Origin: the human T2T-CHM13v2.0 reference genome, Homo sapiens
Direction: 5' to 3' (one strand)
Length of the DNA stretch: 64,000 nucleotides
Assembly (NCBI RefSeq): GCF_009914755.1
Contig: NC_060928.1
Shown: piece by piece, positions 38,190-51,732 of the stretch
How the letters are laid out: each line of letters starts with the position of its first letter
How positions within the stretch are numbered: the stretch's first letter is position 1
Made by a program: the position numbers and the translations under genes
Notes under the pieces: generated by a model
What the model was told of the DNA's origin: nothing
Databases searched by the model: none
The model's input: only the letters and a program-made list of their open reading frames with translations

Positions 38190-39900
38190 GCTCTAAAAAT
38201 GTAATCATAATATTCATACAGAAAAGTGCTTAATGTATGAATGTACCACTCAATTATCACCAAATGAAATCCATGTAACCCCCTCCGACTCAATAAATAG
38301 ATGATTACCATCTGATGCCACCTCCTGGCACCTCTGTGCTCCCCAAAGGTAACTACTTTTGTACTTTCTAACTCCATGAGTTTGTTCAGCCTGTTTTCAC
38401 ACTTAATATAGAGGAACCCTGCGTGAGTAACTTTTTGTGTCTGAACACTTTTGCTCAATCAACATTGTGTCTAGGAAGCACATTCATTTTGTCATGTGTA
38501 GCAGTAAATTGCCCATTCTCATTTGTAGAATGTTTCATTGTGTGGATATACCACAAATAAGTTTTCCCCGTGCTGTTAGTAGGCATTTGGGTATTTTCTC
38601 ATTTGATGCTATTCCAGGTAGCAGAGCTGGGAGCATTCTTGCACGTGTCTTTTTGTGAATGATGTGTATGTTTCTGTTTCGAGGTGCCCCTAGGAGTAGG
38701 GTTGCTGAGTCAAAGGGAGTTCTTGTGCTTGGCTTTTGTAGATGCTGCCAGAGAGTTTCCTAACGTGCTTGCACCAACGTACATGACACCAGCAGGGATG
38801 GGAGTTCTGATTGCTCCTTAGTAGTGGCTGGAGCTGGCTCACAGGGGCTTGCAAGAGCCAACCATGCCAATCTCTTCCAACTCCACACGAGCAACAAGAC
38901 TGGTAACTGGAAATCAACCACAGCAGGAGTATTTGCACCATGGAAATCAGCCCGCGCTGCAGATCAGGTGAGTGCTTGTTAGGCGCTTACCAGCACATTC
39001 CTGCTCCACTTCTTTGCCAACCCTTGAGGCTTTCAGTCTTCTTCATTCTGGCCACCCTGGTAGATGCGTGGCGGCATCTCATTTTGGTTTTATTTTGCCA
39101 CCCCTGCTTCCTAATGACGTTGAGCACCTTTTTGCATGCTGCTTGGTCCCTAGGTGCCGTGTTTTGTGAAGTGCCTGTTTGAGTCTTTTGCTAGTTTTTG
39201 ACATTGCGTTGACTTTTTCTTATACGTCTGTAGCAGTTTTTTATGTTGTGATTATACAAGCCCTTGGATGATGGCCTGTGGTGATTTTGATGAGCAAAAG
39301 CTCTGCTTTTCTAAATTTTTTATAGTTGGCACTTCATGTGTACTATTTAACATCCCCCATCCCGAAGCCATGAAGATTTTTTTTTTCTGCAGGGTCAAAT
39401 TTTGCTGCATCCATATGGGTAGCAGCTAACCCAGAATATCTATTGATTATATCCTCCTAAAATATAACAGTTCTGAGTATTTTGTTACTAATTTCACACA
39501 AAGAATCCATCCAATCTCAGCATTTTCCTCCTTTCCTGGGGGTAAGAGTACATCATCTTTTAGCATTGTTAAATCATTTCAGACGTCTAGGTAAGTTGCA
39601 AAAATAGTGCAAAGAATTCTCACACATCCTTCACCGGATTCCGCAAATGCTGGCCTTCAGCACCCTTGCTGTCTCCTACGCTCCCCCTCCTCCTCTATCT
39701 ACATCGTTTTTTATCATTTATAAGTAGGCTGCAGACATGATGTCCCTCTAAGTGCAATGCACACTTCCTAAAAGCAAGGACATTCTCTTATGTAACTGTA
39801 GTACAAACATCAAAATAAGGAAATTAACGTTAATAAAATATGATCTAAGCTACAACATTCAAATGTTGTCACCTGTTCTACTGTGTCCCTTTTTTTAATC
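38190..39900 (-). mobile_element. Older L1M (ME/MC-type) fragments
   Basis: Antisense L1 3' words such as TTCATTGTGTGGATATACCAC, CCTAGGAGTAGGGTTGCTGAGTCAAAGG and AAGTTGCAAAAATAGTGCAAAGAATTC. Confidence 0.7.
38819..39003. mobile_element. MER63A-like hAT DNA transposon inserted in L1
   Basis: GCTGGAGCTGGCTCAC...GGAGTATTTGCACCATGGAAATC...TTACCAGCACA matches the recalled MER63 consensus. Confidence 0.7.
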
Positions 39901-40194
39901 ATCCAGCCCAAAATGTCGTCCTGTGCTCTTTACATACGTGAGTCTATCCACACACGCACACGCGTCCCAGCTCTGACCACTGACGGGCTGGAAGCAATAA
40001 CACCCTGATGACAGTCGGCACATGGGCCACTCAGATACCAGATCCTAAATACCTCCCAAGTCGTATTTAGAGAAACAGCCGAGCCCAGGGCTGGGGCAGA
40101 GAATCAGAGTAAAACCAGCACTGAGGGTGAGAATCCCACAGTGACCCTCCCTGGCAGTAAGCCGGGCCAGCTCATGGTTGAGTCCAAATCTTAG

Positions 40195-40482
<288 letters not shown>

Positions 40483-40575
40483 AGCTTAGCTTTTTTTAAC
40501 TCAAATTTTAAGTTTTTAATTTTGAAATATTTGATGTTTACAAAAGATTGTAAATTGCAATAAAAAGTTTGAAAG

Positions 40576-40673
40576 CACTTGAGCCCAATAGTTTGAGGCT
40601 GCAGTGAGCTATGATCGCACCACTGCACTGCAGCCTGGGTGACAGAGTGAGATCCCGCCTCAAAAAAAAAAAA
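40576..40673 (+). mobile_element. 5'-truncated Alu arm (AluJ/FRAM-like)
   Basis: CACTTGAGCCC...GAGGCTGCAGTGAGCTATGATCGC...CTC followed by poly(A). Confidence 0.9.
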
Positions 40674-40996
40674 GCGAGAAAGGCCCTGCTCAGGTGTAGG
40701 TTCCTGGGTCCTCTGGGTTCACGCTGCCCACTTCCCACACTCAACCAAATTGTCCCAAGTCGCTGGTCTGGCTCATCCCCTGGTGCTGGGGCTGGGGCTC
40801 TGGGGCCACACGCATGCACACACACTGCCGCCAGCTTCCGTGTTGTTCGTTGCTGCTTGGTGGGTGCAGCGATCCCCCCTGACCCTGGTGCCAGCCAGGG
40901 AGAGCCTCTTCCCTCACACCCACTGACACTCACCGCGCAAAGTGCCTGTGTGTGCCTGTGTGCGCCTGTGTGTGCCTTTGCTGGTTTTCATACTGA

Positions 40997-41362
<366 letters not shown>

Positions 41363-41405
41363 TAGTACTTTGCTTCTGTGCACAGAAAATATCCTCTCAG
41401 GCGTG

Positions 41406-41663
41406 TGGAGGTCCCCTCTCTTGTGTCATTTTGGAGGTCCCCTCTCTTGGTGTGTCATTTTGGAGGTCCCCTCTGTTGGTGTGTCATTTTGGAGGTCCCC
41501 TCTGTTGGTGTGTCATTTTGGAGGTCCCCTCTCTTGGGGTGTCATTTTGGAGGTCCCCTCTCTTGGTGTGTCATTTTGGAGGTCCCCTCTCTTGGTGTGT
41601 CATTTTGGAGGTCCCCTCTCTTGGGGTGTCATTTTGGAGGTCCCCTCTCTTGGGGTATCATTT
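41406..41663. repeat. 29-bp minisatellite, about 9 copies
   Basis: Unit TGGAGGTCCCCTCTCTTGGTGTGTCATTT, embedded in degenerate L1-like sequence. Confidence 0.95.
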
Positions 41664-43729
41664 GACAAAGAGAAGTTCTGGGGTTTGACACAGCTTCTCT
41701 TCAGGGCCCTCCCTTGGTCAGTGCTTACTAAGGTCACAGAGATGAGTGCCCGTATTTTCTCCTGTAATCTGCCTGAAGATGCCTCGTGTGGACAGCAGGG
41801 AGCTCTGGTCTATGGCACGTAGCATGGAGTTGGCAGCAAGTAGCAGAAAACCCCTATTGACAGCTGCTTAGGTGAGGTCGGGTTTAAGAAATAAATCAGA
41901 AGGCTGTATTTAAGAAATAATTGTATTTCTCCCTGGTGTTAAAACCAACAGACGCAGCTGCTGTGTGTCAGGGACAGCTCTGAGGAGACCTGGACACACC
42001 TCCCTCCCTGCCCACAGGCAGGACATCGGCTCCCACAGGGAGGCTGGAGGCTGGAGGCGAGGCCCCCAAGGATAGGCTCGGCCTGGGTGAAAGTCCATTT
42101 TCTCTGGAATGAGTGGGGACTGGGTGTTAGGAGTCACCTGTCCTTGTGGGGACACACTTCTCCCAGCAGGAAGGGGACAGTCGGTCATTTCCCCGCCCTG
42201 GGCAGCAGGAGGAGGCTGCACCTACCGGGGCCCAGGCCTAGAGCATCAGGGACCCCCCGCTCTGTCCCCCATCAGCAGCAGAGGCCCTGCCTGCGTCCCT
42301 GTCCTGGCAGCTGTGTGTGTGTCTGGGCCAGACGCCCCTCGGCCCTGCTCCACTCTGCTGACTCTCCTCACCGAGATGCAGGGATCAGAGGGTGACCGGA
42401 GAAAGGGAGGCAGACGGAGGGGCCTGGGGTGGGCAATGTCTCCCAAGAGGGAGGACAGATTTGCCTTCAGACACAGAAGCAGCAGCAGAGTCTCTGCTGG
42501 TGGGGGCAGCTGAAGGCCGGGCAGGGTGTGGGCTATGAGGGAGGAGCAGGGCCGAGGGCTGGTGGGCCAGGAGGACAGGGTTGCCCCCCAGCAGGTTGGC
42601 GCAGGCCATACCTCTCTGAATCTGGCCTTCGTGTGAGCTTAGCGGTGGGGGTCCAGGCACCCAGGCAGCCAGCTGGGCACAGGGGAGGCCTGTGTGGGCT
42701 CTAAGGAAGCCACTTGTCCCGGTGACCCCAGGGCTCAGGCCTTCCACCTGTCCTGCCTTCCCCACCAGCATCTGTAGGTAGGGGCGCCCAACCCTGTCCG
42801 CCAGCCCTGACTCCAGCCGGCAGCCTGGCTCCGCACCTGCATCGAATCTGCAGGGGTCCTGGACGCCCCCCCACCCACCCAGGTCCAGCCTGCCAGGAAA
42901 TCCAGGCAGAACCTGCCGTGGGGGGACCCCTTCCCAGGCACCGGCCGTGGACCCCCATCTCTGTTGGGTCCGGAGCCTCCTGCCCACCCCGATGTGTCCC
43001 CAGCAGCCTCCAGGGACCCCCATTAGCAATTCACAGCCTCAAAACACCAGCCCCAGGGAATGGCTGGGCCAAAACGGGGTGAGTGAGACAGAGGACGCGC
43101 TCAGAGGACAGTCAGTGGGACTCGGGGACAGCTGACACGGCCACGGCGACCCAGGAATCACACCTCACAGACACGCACCCACGAGTGAAACCGGAGCCAC
43201 GTGCCCACACAGACGCAGGGGGTGGTAAACTGTCCCCCGCTGCTAAACACCCCCTAGTCACCAAGGGGTCCTGCCTCTCGGCAAAGCCGGTCAGAAAGAC
43301 CCACGCCAAGGGGCGGACCCCAGCGGGAAGTCTGGGTGGTGGGGTCCTGCCCCTAACTCCGTGAGAGACGAGCCCTGAGCCCTGGGTGGTCCACAGTGAG
43401 CCACAGTGGCCAAGGGGCTTGGGTCTGTGGGCGCCACGGGGAGCCTGCCAGGAACATCAGTTCACGGGGGTCTCTTTCGAGTGCCCGTCGGCGGCTGAGC
43501 GTGGCAAGCTAAATCCACCTGGACGCGAACACAGTGCGCGGCCTCCTCATCCTGGGAGTTTTCTGGGCCTGGGTGGGGCAGGCAGGGAGGGTCTCGGGCG
43601 CATCTCACATCACAGGGGCTGGTGGCTCAGAGGCCTCGGGACAGCTGCTCTGCCCGGGGGCTCTGGGTACTCAGAGGCCAGTCAGCTGCCCACGCCTCAG
43701 GCCGCGTTCCAGCCCGAAGCCCCTCATCT

Positions 43730-44520
43730 TCCCACTCAAATGTGTGCTCTTAATTGCAATCAATGCTCAGAAAAGCAATTAGCCCCCGACTGGCCACGCT
43801 GGTCATCTCTGATGGCAAGAAGGACTGCAGAGGGTCACGCCGATGCGGTGAAGGGGCCGGCAGGGGGCTGTGGGGACAGAGATCCATCAGCCTTCCCACA
43901 ATTAACGCCGAATCGCCACCCTCACCTCCTAAATTACACCGGCGGCCGCAGCCAGCCCGGACCAGCGTAAATCACGTTCTGACTGCCGCGCGTCAGGGCA
44001 GAGGCTCTCCCGCTGAGAGCAGTGTTACTGTCTCCTAAATCCCAAAGCCATGATTGATGCCACCTGCTCCACACGTGCTGAGGCCACCATCTGCTTACAG
44101 GGAAACATAAACTTTGAATAAGCAGGTCCTGCTGATTTTAACTGGACTAATTTATTGCTCACAAGCGGAGGACCTGAGTTCGCAGCAAATTTCTCCAGCC
44201 ACCCGGGAGCCCGCAGCCCGGCCCTCGCGTCTGCGATGGGAGCTCGATAAGGTCACCGTCAACAGCATCCACACGGCGCCACGCCAGCCGCCAGCCCCCA
44301 AAAGCACCAGGGAAAAGAGCCCCGGAGAAGCACCTCCCGTGGGGGGATTTATTTCTGAATTAAACACTCCCAGCCCCAACGGAAGCCTATTCTTTTTCAC
44401 AATCAGCTTTCTTCCCAGTTGTAAACACTCTTTCTAAAACTTGTGCATGATTTTAATTACAGATAAGTTTCTCTTTAAAGGCCGGGCATTCATGCCTGGG
44501 TTGCTAAGCTGAATTCGATA
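43730..44520. promoter_or_regulatory. Candidate multi-block enhancer cluster
   Basis: TTAATTG, CAATTAG, CAATTAAC, GTAAATCA (43967; reverse TGATTTAC), TGATTGAT (44051), CTAATTTATTG, TGTAAACA (FOX) and AGATAAG, interleaved with CpG-rich spacers. Confidence 0.55.
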
Positions 44521-45526
44521 CATCTCTACGTCCGGTGAGGCACAGGCCAGGCTTGGGCCGTGCTCCTGGCTGGGCCCAGGCAGCTCCTGGGTTGGGGCAC
44601 TCCTTGCCACAGAGGCACTGGAGGGCCCCACCAGCTCCTTCCACCCTGTTGCCCCGGGACGTTGGGGACCCAGGAAAAGTCCTCTGTCCAGCTTCATGCC
44701 CCACGAGGACATAGCCCAAGACAGCAAGCCGAGCAGTGTGCGGCTGAGACCCACCAGGACGCACCCCTCAGCCCACACCGACCAGAGTGCACCCCTGTGG
44801 CCATGGCAGTCCTGGGTGGGAGTGTGTCTGCGGAGTGTGTCTGTGCTTCTGCAGGAGGGGAGGCTGTGGGTGGCTGGTGCACAACAAGGGCAAACAGGAG
44901 CCAAAGCCACTGGAGCTCGTCCTAGAGCCAGCTCTGGGCTCTCTCCTCCAAGAAGCCTCCCCTGACCTGCCTTTCCCCAGCCCTTCCTGGGTGTCACCGC
45001 TGCCTGTGGCTGCTGGGCCTACGCCCTCCCCCCGCCCATACCAAGAGCTTCTGGAAGCTGGGAGAGCCTCTCACATCATCCAGGTCCCCAGTCCCAGCAC
45101 ATAGCTCTGCAAAGCCACTCCCCTCACCCCCCAACAATTGAGAAAAGGCCCAGGACAGCCACACTGTTTCCCCTGGTTGGGGGTCCTCGGAACCACAGCC
45201 AAAGACAGACTATTCTCCTTGCACTGTTCAGCACCCATGACACCACTGAGTCGAGAACCCCAGGGTACTGGGAGGGCCCCTAGAACCTCCTCCAGGGAGC
45301 ACCAGCACCTGCCTCGCTGGACTGAAAGGAGGAGACCCGGGTTTCACCCACCTTCCCAGGCCGGAACACACTCACCTTTTCTGGAAATGCAAGAGACACA
45401 CTCAACCAGTGTGACACAAGAGGCGTGAGCTGGAGACAAGGGACACAGCCGTCTGCCACACCAGACGGGGAAGGGAAGCTCCCCCTTGGGCCCATCCCCA
45501 CAGTACTGGACAGGTGGAGCTCAGGC

Positions 45527-45842
45527 AGTGTGTGTGCGTGCACGTGTGTGTGTGCGTGTGTGTGCGTGCATGTGCCGGCGTGTGTGTGTGCGTGTGTGTG
45601 TGCGTGTGTGCGCACACACCATGTGAACATGCAAGTGGGTCATGCGTGTGACTGTGTGCATGTGTGTCTGAGCGCATGGTCAGGTGCATGTGTGTCCGTG
45701 TACATGTGTGCACGTGTGTGTGCTGGTGTGTGTGTGCACTTGTGCGTGTGCGTGTGTGTGCGTGCGTGTGCACGTGTGCGTGTACGTGTGTGCGCGTGTG
45801 TGTGCGTGCATGTGCCGGCGTGTGTGTGTGTGTGTGTGTGTG
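45527..45842. repeat. (TG)n/(CGTG)n alternating purine-pyrimidine tract
   Basis: About 315 bp of near-continuous RY alternation rich in CG steps. Confidence 0.95.
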
Positions 45843-45995
45843 CTCAGAGAAGTCACCTGGAGCCGAGGAGATCCCAGGAGGCTGAGGCTGCCCCACAGGC
45901 ACGGTAGGCTTTGCCGTGGGTGTTCAGCTTCCTGGGTTTGAAGGAATGTCCTTCTATCCATAGAAAAAGAAGGAAAACAAAAGCTGGGCTACAAA

Positions 45996-46139
45996 TTCTT
46001 TCTTTTTTTTTTTTAATTATTATACTTTAAGTTTTAGGGTACATGTGCACAATGTGCAGGTTAGTTACATATGTATACATGTGCCATGCTGGTGCGCTGC
46101 ACCCACTAACTTGTCATCTAGCATTAGGTGTATCTCCCA
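45996..46139 (-). mobile_element. Young 5'-truncated L1 (L1PA2/L1PA3-type) 3' end
   Basis: Poly(T) followed by ATTATACTTTAAGTTTTAGGGTACATGTGCAC...; lacks the L1HS-Ta ACA and G diagnostics (reads AAG and A). Confidence 0.93.
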
Positions 46140-46204
46140 GTTCTCAAACGGAGGCCCCAGGCCAGGCCAAGCCTCGTCTCCGGAGGTATCTGCAGCCTCT
46201 AGCG

Positions 46205-46340
46205 TCCATGTGATTTTTCAGTGGTTAATGAAACTGCCAAGGCCCGGCTATGTTGCACGACTTCGCCATCATAACTTTAAATCCCATTATGATCACCTCA
46301 TTTTACAACATGCTTTGGCCCTGGGATCAATATATCAAGA
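46205..46340. promoter_or_regulatory. Candidate enhancer island
   Basis: GTTAATGA, TGCCAA, CATTATGATC and ATCAATAT in an AT-rich non-repeat patch. Confidence 0.35.
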
Positions 46341-47349
46341 GGGCCCAGCGCCGGTTACGATCCAGACAAGATTCTGAAGTGGGGCTGCTGCCAGCAGGGC
46401 CCGGCCTCTCCTGCCCCTCGGGTCACGCCTGCCCAGAGCGGGGGCTCCCCAGGGCGCAGCAGAATCCGGGAAAGGGGCAAAAGAGGGGAAGCCATGAGGG
46501 AGGTAGTGAGGGGCAGGAGAGCCCGGCAGCCTCCACCCCGCGCCCCCATGGCTCCCCAGAGTGTTACAGCAAGCAGGCGCCCGAGAGCCCGGTGCAGCTC
46601 CAAGTTGCTCGAATGGGGACCAGCGCAGACCTCGGCTCCAGGGTGGCCCCGGCACTCCGTCCTCTTACTTGACAGGACCCCCAGCCTCCTGCACACTCCC
46701 GGGGTGAGGCAGCCCCACATGGGTGCTGGGCTGCAGGGACCCAGGTCTTGCCTTTGCAGATGGGAGACGCGGCCAGCACACAGGCAGGTGCTATGGGGTG
46801 GCGGCGGGCGGGGGGGGCGGTGGTGACGGCATCCCTCGCTCTCACTAAGGCCCTTTCCATGGGGTCGTGTCCCAGAACCCCCTAGGGGCGCACAGCAGAG
46901 CCAAATGGAGAAGCAAAGACACAGATTAGCTTTCGCTGAAACAGGATGACAATGGCATTTTCTCCCGTTTCTGAAGCTGGACCTCATCAGTGGGCAGAGA
47001 TACCTGCAGTCAAGGCCTCTGGGGCAGACACCCCGGTGCCTCCCGACCCCTACATCCCACAGGTGGCTGCCACAGCCGGGCAGCCCACCCCACCCAGCCA
47101 GAGGAACCGCGGGGACCCAGGGGCCTGCCTGGAAAATCAATCAGCATGTTGGCCCCGCCAATTTCCAGGAGCATGAAACCATTTTTTGCCCAGCAGGGTG
47201 CTAATGTCCAATGCGGCCGAAAGCAGAAAGAGGCCACATCAAGACCGGCAGGGATCCTCACACTCCCCAAACAGCCCAGGACCCCAGACCCATCCCTGCA
47301 GCCTTCCTGTTACATCTTGCTTGGGAGGGCGGCAACGAAAGGCACAAGG

Positions 47350-47560
47350 CACATGCGCGGACACACACAGGCTCACAGCGATGCCTCGCACCCACGCTCA
47401 CGCACACGCCGCACATACACACACACAGGCCCATGGCGACGCCTCGCACCCACGCTCACGCACACGCCACACACACACACACAGGCCCACGGCTCCCTCA
47501 CACCCACGCTCATGCACACGCCACGTACACGCAGGCCCACGGCTCCCTCGCACCCACGCT
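47350..47560. repeat. CA-rich degenerate tandem repeat (about 50-60 bp, 3-4 copies)
   Basis: CTCGCACCCACGCTCACGCACACGCC...CAGGCCCA recurs. Confidence 0.8.
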
Positions 47561-48611
47561 GAGAGGCTGCTGTGGTTAGGGTTCGGTCGGAGGGGTCCAA
47601 GCCCATTGATGCCCCCACTCCACACCCAGGTCCTACATCCAGCCCGGGTCCCCAGTATCTGTTTGGCTCCCCGTCCGCTCCTGAGGCTCACGTGGGGTCT
47701 GCAGTCTTTTGTGAGGCCCAGACCAGCCCAACCCAGCATAGCAAGGACCTGAGCCTTCCCTTCACAGATGGGGCGGTGGAGGGCCAGGGTCACAGCAGGG
47801 TGGGGCTGCCTCCTGGGCCACACTGGGCTGAGACACTGGGTGCAGACCCCTGGGTAGGGGGTCGGCAGTCTCTGACGGGACAGTGGGACCCTTTGAGCCA
47901 AGGGCGGCGGCGCCAGGGCCCACCCACTGCCTTGTGCCACAGGGAAGCAGCATCTAGAACCAGGGGCCCCAGGTAGCATCAGGCCCGCTGTGTGCCTATG
48001 GCTGGTGAGGAGGAGCCACTGGTCCTCAGAGGCAGTGAAGGGGCAGGAGGCAAGCTTTGTGCTGGGACATGCAAGTCCAGCAGCTGGGAGAGTCCAGGTG
48101 TGGCAGGGGCAGCCCCGGAGCAGACAGGAGAGGCCTGGGCAGAGGAACGGCTGTCCTGCTGCTGGGGGCAGGTCCATGCTGGGGCAGGGGAAAGGCCAGG
48201 GCACCTTGAGACTCAGAGAGCCTCTTGGGGTTGCTGAGCCCCCTCCAGCCCAGCGTGCCTTGGGGGGTGCCTGATCCCTCAGCCATGCCCCTGACCCCCA
48301 CCCCTGGCAGTCCTCCTGGGTCCTGGGAGGTGCTCATTGGTGCTATACCTGTGACCTGGGACTGGTTGGATGACAAGGTCGAGTGGGAAGGGCTGGGGAT
48401 GGGGCTGGGTCCACCCCTGTAGCCCTTGGCCCCTGGCCTCCGCTCTGAGGTTGGAGTGGATCCAAGAGTCGTCTGACCCAGAAGCCCCAGAAACACCCAG
48501 CCTCCCCTCCCCCCAGCCTCACCAGTGCCGGGAAAGGAGGGGCTGCTGACCGGGACCCACGGACACGCGGAAGTGCTAACAGGTGCCCGGGCTAGAGGGA
48601 GGGTTCCAGCA

Positions 48612-48812
48612 GTGGGAGGGCAGTGGTGGGAGGGGAGAGGTGGGAGGGGAGGGGTGGGAGGGCAGAGGTGGGGGGAGGGGTGGGAGGGCAGGGGTGGGAG
48701 GGCAGAGGTGAGGGGAGGAGTGGGAGGGTAGAGGTGGGAGGGCAGGGGTCGGGGGGCAGAGGTGGGAGGGCAGGGGTGGGAGGAGAGGGGTGGGAGGGCA
48801 GAGGTGGGAGGG
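48612..48812. repeat. G-rich repeat (GGGAGGGCAG(A/G)GGT)n, G-quadruplex-prone
   Basis: More than 25 runs of GGG with short loops on the + strand. Confidence 0.9.
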
Positions 48813-48829
48813 TGCAGGAACATCCCCCT

Positions 48830-49483
48830 TGCATTCCGGGACCAAACCGAGGGTCAGGCTGCTATTTCTCGTGGCCCAATAACGAGATGCAGATGAACTG
48901 GGGAGGAAGAGAGGTTTTATTTCTGCAACTGGTTACAAGGAGAAGGCTGGGAAATTATCACCAGACCAACTCAAAATTACAGTTTTCCAGAGCTTATCTA
49001 CCTTCTAAGCTCTATGTCTACGTGTAAGTGTGCATTCATCTCAAGACGTAAGTGATGAACTTCTCTTCATCTATAACGAAGGTCTGAGTCCTGAAGACCT
49101 TCCTCTGGAGCCTCAGCAAGTTTAAGTTTACTTAATCTAAATGGGTCCAGGTGCTGAGGTGATTGCCCTTATCTTGTCTCCTGCTAAATCACGGAGGTTT
49201 GGGGAGTTCCTTCAGACCCACAGTAAAACTTATTTAATCCTAAATGGGTCCTGTGAAGAATTCCTTCATCGTCTTGTCGCTTTAAGGCCCAGGCAAAACT
49301 CTGGGCCTGGGCAAGAGTTTTGGGCCAGGCAAAACAAAAGGCCTGGGCAAAACTCTGGGTGGGCTTTTGTTACACTCCAGCGTTTGTATCAGGGCACTGG
49401 CTTTTAATATTTAACTTCACTGCACAGTCAGTGCTGAAACAGGTGTTGTGGAGGCCTGCGTTAGTGAGACCTGGCCTGCCGCA
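48830..49483 (-). mobile_element. ERV1 solo LTR (MER39-like)
   Basis: The minus strand starts TGCGGCAGGCCAGGTCTCACTAACGCAGGCCTCCAC as in MER39. Minus-strand AATAAA near 48916. CTTG is present at both ends as a possible TSD. Confidence 0.85.
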
Positions 49484-49804
49484 CTTGGAGTCCTAGCGTA
49501 GCTCCCAAAGTCAGGGAGGGACGGGACCCACAGACATGTGGCCGCAGGGAGAGGCCCCATGGGGCGTGAGGCCTGGTGACCCCACACGGCCCGGGGACCA
49601 GGACAGCTGCAGCCTGACCTGGAGAGGTGCCAGTCCCAGGAGGCCCCGGCACTGGGTGGGAGCACAGCCCCAGGCCCCACCTTGGCTCCCAGGGGCCTGG
49701 AGCCCCCCCAGCTGCCGTCTTCAGTGATTTGGAAGTGTAGAAAATGGGATTATCCAGGAACAGATGTGCACAGAGGGGGTGAAATGGAAAGCCTGCCCGC
49801 TGCG

Positions 49805-50350
49805 CCTGCCTTTGATTACCTCTGACGGCCACGCTGTCCACGCCCCCCCAGCACCCAGCTAAATTCAGCCCCAGCCCCGCCAGCCAGCGCCTCATTGAAA
49901 TTGAATTGATACTTTGTGAACTTCATTTGTGAATAATGTGATCTGACAGGGACAAATGTGACGGGGAATTGTTTTCAAACCTCCTCCAAATGGAACTTAT
50001 TATTGGGTAAATACAGATTCCTTTGTCTCCTTCCACCCTGGCGTCCTCGGGCCTGAATATGTATCAACCCCGGAGGTAACTGAATTGATGATGCAGAGGG
50101 TGGGGGCCAGGGTGGGGACCCTCCCCAGACTGCAGGTCCTCAGCGGGCGGCAGCCGTGGTGGCCCTAGGAGGCCACCCTGCCCGAGCACCCGCTTGGCCC
50201 TGCGGCCGCCGTCAGGCCTCAGATGTCTTACATATTAATTTCCCGCTGCAGAACATTTGCCGAGCGCAGCTCAAACCCAGTTAGCTGGATTGATGAAGGT
50301 GGCAAAAGGATACGACACACGCTGATTCCACCTTTTCAGCTTCGATTAGC
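49805..50350. promoter_or_regulatory. Candidate enhancer blocks
   Basis: CTTTGAT (TCF), GAATTGAT twice, TGACAG, GTAAATA (FOX), CCTTTGT (SOX) and TATTAATT. Confidence 0.5.
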
Positions 50351-51732
50351 TCCGGCCGGGAGTCTGTCCCCGTCAGAGCTCCATCACGCGGCCGGCGGAG
50401 AACTGGGGAGGGACCGGCCGCAACAGTGCCCAGGAAGGCTTCAGTGCCAGGCCATTATCCTAACAGGCCGCCCCCCAGAGAGCCAGGTGGGGCCCGGGGC
50501 ATGGCAGAGGCAGCCCGAGAGCCTCAGACGCCCATCTGCGATGGACAAGCATTTGCCCCCCGTGGTGGCCCGGCTGCAGCCCCTTCCTGTTCCTGCCTTC
50601 CGTGTCCACAGGCCTGGGGAAGCCAGGCCCCGGCGTGCCCTGTGGACACGTCCCACAAGACCCCAGGGACTCCCTCTCCCTGCCAGGACACGTCCTTGGC
50701 TCAGGCTTAGGCTCGGGTGGGCCGGGGGTCCCGGCTCCCCAACTTTCTGCCGTGCAACATTGACATTGGGGTCATAAAAAGCACCTGTGTCTGCCCCGCG
50801 TGGCTGCAAGTGTCCCCTCGTTTAAGCGCCCAGACGACAGCATGAGGAAGGACAATGACCTGCCCTTTACAGACGAGGAAACTCGGTCCTGTGTGGGCGG
50901 GGGCCGCAGGCTGGTGGAGAGGACACACACGGCACCCTGCCTTCTCCTCATCAGCATCTCCGCGAGTGCAGCAGCCGAGGACAGAGAAGGACTCGGAAAC
51001 CTCTGCCCTCAGCCGCACACCCCGGAGTGAAGGTCCCTGGAGCAAGTGAGGAGGAGAAAGCGGATGTGACTCAGGAAGACACTGCCGGGCCCCGGCCCCA
51101 CCCCGGGCCCTGGAAGCCCCGTCTGTTCCGACAGCCCTGAAAAGACCACTGATTTCAGGCCCTTCCTGACGGGTTCTGGTGAGGACGGCGGCTCTAAGTC
51201 GGCCTCGTGGAGTCAGCATCTGTGTTCTCAGAAATGCTGCAGGTCCATCCCCAGGGACACTGGAGGTCTCTAGGCTTGTGCTTCGGAGGCCAGGGACTCC
51301 CGACTCAGCTCGTGGCTCAGGGACTCTGATTGTGCTGTTCCAGCTCACATCCCACACGTCTCCCTCAGCCCCCAGGAGGAGAGAGCAGCAGACAGAGCAG
51401 GGGCCACACCAGGCACCACCGCCTTCCACCTGCTCCGGACCCCAAGTGGGTACAGGCACAGGCAGAGTCAAGGAGGCAGCCCAGGCCTGCCCAGCTCGGG
51501 GCCCTTTTCCCTGGTGAGATGCCCTGAGACCAGGACACACCCCAGGCTGCCCGCCTTGGCCCACACCTCCGGCAAATCCACGGGCTCCATACGAGGTTCT
51601 GTAGCCTCCGGCCCATGCCTCCCTGCAAATCTGCAGGCCCCAGACAAGGTTCTGCAGCCTCCAGAGGACCCTGGAGGATCCCTCCCTCCATCACCTCACT
51701 TCCTCCTGGCCCCACTGACGTGGTCACTGTAC

